Assembly (NCBI GenBank): GCA_964291215.2
Contig: OZ219791.1
Location: 1,280,001-1,344,000, forward strand
Reading direction: 5' to 3'
Length of the DNA: 64,000 nucleotides
DNA from: Alphaproteobacteria bacterium
Lineage (GTDB): Bacteria; Pseudomonadota; Alphaproteobacteria; MPNO01; UBA830
Shown: positions 61,320 through 64,000 of the stretch, in pieces
Position numbering within the stretch: position 1 is the stretch's first letter
Layout of the letters: the number at the start of each line of letters is the position of its first letter
Position numbers and translations under genes: made by a program
Notes under the pieces: model-generated
Seen by the model: only the letters and a program-made list of their open reading frames with translations
The model's database searches: none
What the model was told of the DNA's origin: nothing

Positions 61320-64000
61320 ATGATGGAACAGGCAAAGCGAGACGATGTCTATCTCGTTGACGGGTCGGCATACATCTTCCGCGCCTACCATGCGCTGCGA
61401 GCGATGACCCGCGCCGACGGTACGCCCGTCAATGCTGTCTACGGTTTCGTCCGGATGCTGACCAAGCTCGTTGACGATGCCGACCCCGACTACCTGGTCG
61501 TGATCTTCGATGCCGCCCGCGAGACCTTCCGCAACGACATCTATCGCGAGTACAAGGCGCATCGGCCGCCCCCTCCTCCCGAACTCGTGCCCCAGTTCGA
61601 CCTGATCCGCGAGGCCACCAGGGCCTACAGCCTTCCCTATATCGAGATGGCTGGATTCGAGGCTGATGACCTGATCGCGACCTATGCGCGGATGGCGTGC
61701 GAGCAGGGGCTCGGCGTGACCATCGTGTCCTCGGACAAGGATCTGATGCAGCTCATCGGTCCCGATGTCCGCATGATGGATCCGATGAAGAACCGGTTTG
61801 TCGGGCCGGAGGAGGTCTTCGAGAAATTCGGCGTCGGACCGGACCGGGTGATCGACGTGCAGGCGCTGGCCGGCGATTCTTCGGACAATGTGCCCGGGGT
61901 GCCGGGAATCGGCATCAAGACGGCGGCGCAGCTGATCGGGGAGTACGGCGATCTCGATTCGCTGCTCGAACGCGCCGGGGAGATCCCGCAGAATAGGCGT
62001 CGCGAGAACTTGATCGAATTCGCGGAGCAGGCGCGCATTTCGCGCAAGCTGGTCACGCTGAGAACGGATGTTCCGGTTGAGGCCACGCTCGACGAGTTCA
62101 GGCGCCGGCAGGCGGATCCGGCGGTCCTGATACCGTTTCTCGAAGAGCAGGAGTTCAAGTCGATTCTCGCAAAGGAGCGTGCGCGGCTGCCGCCCGGCGA
62201 GGTGCTCGCCGGGTCCGGCGATTCGCCGGCGGCCGGGGAGGAGACATACGAGCTCGTGGGCGACGAAGAGGCGCTCAGCGCTTGGGTCGCGCACATCGCC
62301 GATGTCGGCTTTGTTGCCATCGATACCGAGACCACATCGCTCGATGTTGCCGAGGCTGAGCTTGTCGGGATGTCACTTTCGGTCGCTCCGGGTCACGCCT
62401 GCTACATCCCGCTCGGACATGTGGTCTCGGGACAGGACGCGGAGCAGGAGGCGCCGGAACTTGATTTCGACGGCGCTTCAAGCCTGGCGCCGGAGCTTGC
62501 GCCGGGGCAGATTCCCCGCGACGCCGCCCTCGCGCTGCTCCGGCCGGTCCTTGAGGATCCCGGAATCCTCAAGATTGGCCACAACATTAAGTATGACATG
62601 CATATTTTCACCCGCTGCGGCATCGCCATGGCGCCGATCGACGACACCATGCTTCTGTCCTATGTGCTCGAGGCGGGAAAACAGCGGGGGCATGGGCTCG
62701 ACATGCTTTCGAGCGAGCATTTCGGCCACGACAACATCAAGTATGGAGATGTTGCGGGAACGGGTAAGAAGCAGATCAGTTTCGCCGAGGTCGCCATAGA
62801 CAAGGCGCTCGGCTACGCCGCCGAAGATGCCGACATGACCAATCGGCTACATCGTCTGCTGCGCCCGCGCATCGCCGCCGAGCGCATGGCCAGCGTCTAT
62901 GAAACCCTGGAGCGGCCCCTTGTGCCGGTACTTCTCGACATGGAGCGCACCGGAATCGCCGTTGACAGGACGGTCCTCGACAGGCTCTCGGTGGATTTTG
63001 CGGAACGCGCCGCCGAGATCGCCTCGGAAATCCACGGCCTTGCCGGGCGCGAGTTCAATATAGGCTCGCCCCGCCAGCTCGGAGAAATTCTGTTCGACGA
63101 GCTTGGCCTAGGGGATGGTAAGAAGACCAGAAGCGGTGGCGGTTATGCAACCGATGCGCGCGTGCTCGAGGATCTTGCGGCGCAGGGGCACGAGCTTCCG
63201 GCTCGGGTGCTTGACTGGCGCCAGCTCACCAAGCTCAGGAACACCTACACTGCTGCGCTCGTCGGGCAGATCAACCCGCGGACCGGCCGCGTGCACACCT
63301 CCTATTCGCAGGCTGTCGCTTCCACGGGACGGTTGAGCTCCAACGATCCCAACCTTCAGAACATTCCCGTCCGGACCGAGGAGGGCCGCAAGATTCGCCA
63401 CGCCTTCGTCGCGGTTGAGGGTTCAGAGCTTCTTTCGGCGGATTATTCGCAGATCGAGCTCAGGCTGCTCGCGCATGTCGCGGGCATCGAGGAATTGCTT
63501 GAGGCGTTCCGCGACGACGCTGACATCCATGCGATGACGGCGAGCGAAGTCTTCGGCGTGCCCGTCGAAGGCATGGACCCCGCGGTACGCGACCGCGCCA
63601 AGGCGATAAATTTCGGAATCATATACGGTATCAGCCCATTCGGTCTTGCCCGCCAGCTTCGGATTCCGCGCGGTGACGCGAAGGATTTCATCGACGGGTA
63701 TTTCAAGAGATTTCCCGGCATCAGGAAATACATGGACGATACAATAGGGTTTGCCCGCGAACACGGCTATGTGGAGACAATTTTCGGACGCAAGTGTCAT
63801 ACGCCCGGCATCGCCGACGACCGCAATCCACGCAAGAGCTTCCTGCAGCGTCTTGCGATCAACGCGCCGCTGCAGGGCGCCGCGGCTGACATCATCAAGC
63901 GCGCGATGATCCGGATCGGTCCGGTGCTGGCCGCCAATGGGCTGCGGGCAAGAATGCTGCTCCAGGTCCATGACGAACTTATCTTCGAGGTTCCGCGCGA
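61320..64000 (+). CDS. polA: DNA polymerase I (partial, runs off the window)
   Basis: LVDGSAYIFRAYHA, EADDLIAT, DTETTS, TGRLSSNDPNLQNIP, ADYSQIELR, KAINFGIIYG and LQVHDELIFE. Not in the ORF track because there is no stop in the window. Confidence 0.97.
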   Translation, partial: MMEQAKRDDVYLVDGSAYIFRAYHALRAMTRADGTPVNAVYGFVRMLTKLVDDADPDYLVVIFDAARETFRNDIYREYKAHRPPPPPELVPQFDLIREATRAYSLPYIEMAGFEADDLIATYARMACEQGLGVTIVSSDKDLMQLIGPDVRMMDPMKNRFVGPEEVFEKFGVGPDRVIDVQALAGDSSDNVPGVPGIGIKTAAQLIGEYGDLDSLLERAGEIPQNRRRENLIEFAEQARISRKLVTLRTDVPVEATLDEFRRRQADPAVLIPFLEEQEFKSILAKERARLPPGEVLAGSGDSPAAGEETYELVGDEEALSAWVAHIADVGFVAIDTETTSLDVAEAELVGMSLSVAPGHACYIPLGHVVSGQDAEQEAPELDFDGASSLAPELAPGQIPRDAALALLRPVLEDPGILKIGHNIKYDMHIFTRCGIAMAPIDDTMLLSYVLEAGKQRGHGLDMLSSEHFGHDNIKYGDVAGTGKKQISFAEVAIDKALGYAAEDADMTNRLHRLLRPRIAAERMASVYETLERPLVPVLLDMERTGIAVDRTVLDRLSVDFAERAAEIASEIHGLAGREFNIGSPRQLGEILFDELGLGDGKKTRSGGGYATDARVLEDLAAQGHELPARVLDWRQLTKLRNTYTAALVGQINPRTGRVHTSYSQAVASTGRLSSNDPNLQNIPVRTEEGRKIRHAFVAVEGSELLSADYSQIELRLLAHVAGIEELLEAFRDDADIHAMTASEVFGVPVEGMDPAVRDRAKAINFGIIYGISPFGLARQLRIPRGDAKDFIDGYFKRFPGIRKYMDDTIGFAREHGYVETIFGRKCHTPGIADDRNPRKSFLQRLAINAPLQGAAADIIKRAMIRIGPVLAANGLRARMLLQVHDELIFEVPR

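Noticed and set aside
1-64000. CRISPR array
   Set aside because: No regularly spaced short repeats with unique spacers. The recurring CACGGTGATCCCA motif is an IS end.

Overview
High-GC alphaproteobacterial chromosome segment, inferred from the thrC-M16 peptidase and tsaD/hemC-hemD-mic60-hemY syntenies. The FN3 and TbpB-like surface genes and the heavy IS load suggest a host-associated lifestyle, but that is inference. Intact host genes include an alkyl sulfatase, M16 peptidase, thrC, a Spy-like/OmpR/kinase module, MFS transporters, DctP, a divergent Paa-like diiron monooxygenase operon, tsaD, the hem cluster, tRNA-Thr, pstS, a GMC oxidase/MhpB-like pair, a surface lipoprotein and polA (runs off the end). 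Interleaved are about 20 kb of mobile DNA: IS66, ISKra4, ISAs1, IS4, IS30, IS110, MITEs and five group II introns. Most striking observations: (1) every mobile-element ORF is eroded by dense small deletions, often at microhomologies, whose distribution across copies does not fit a simple tree, while ends and target-site duplications stay intact; (2) three group II introns are joined head-to-tail at exact splice boundaries inside a four-level nest; (3) an IS110 carries a readable bridge RNA whose guides match its insertion site in an ISAs1 element; (4) an ORF-less intron replaces the RT of another intron; (5) an ISAs1 composite transposon carries surface-protein genes, one with a G19 phase-variation tract. 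All calls are by eye, with no database searches.
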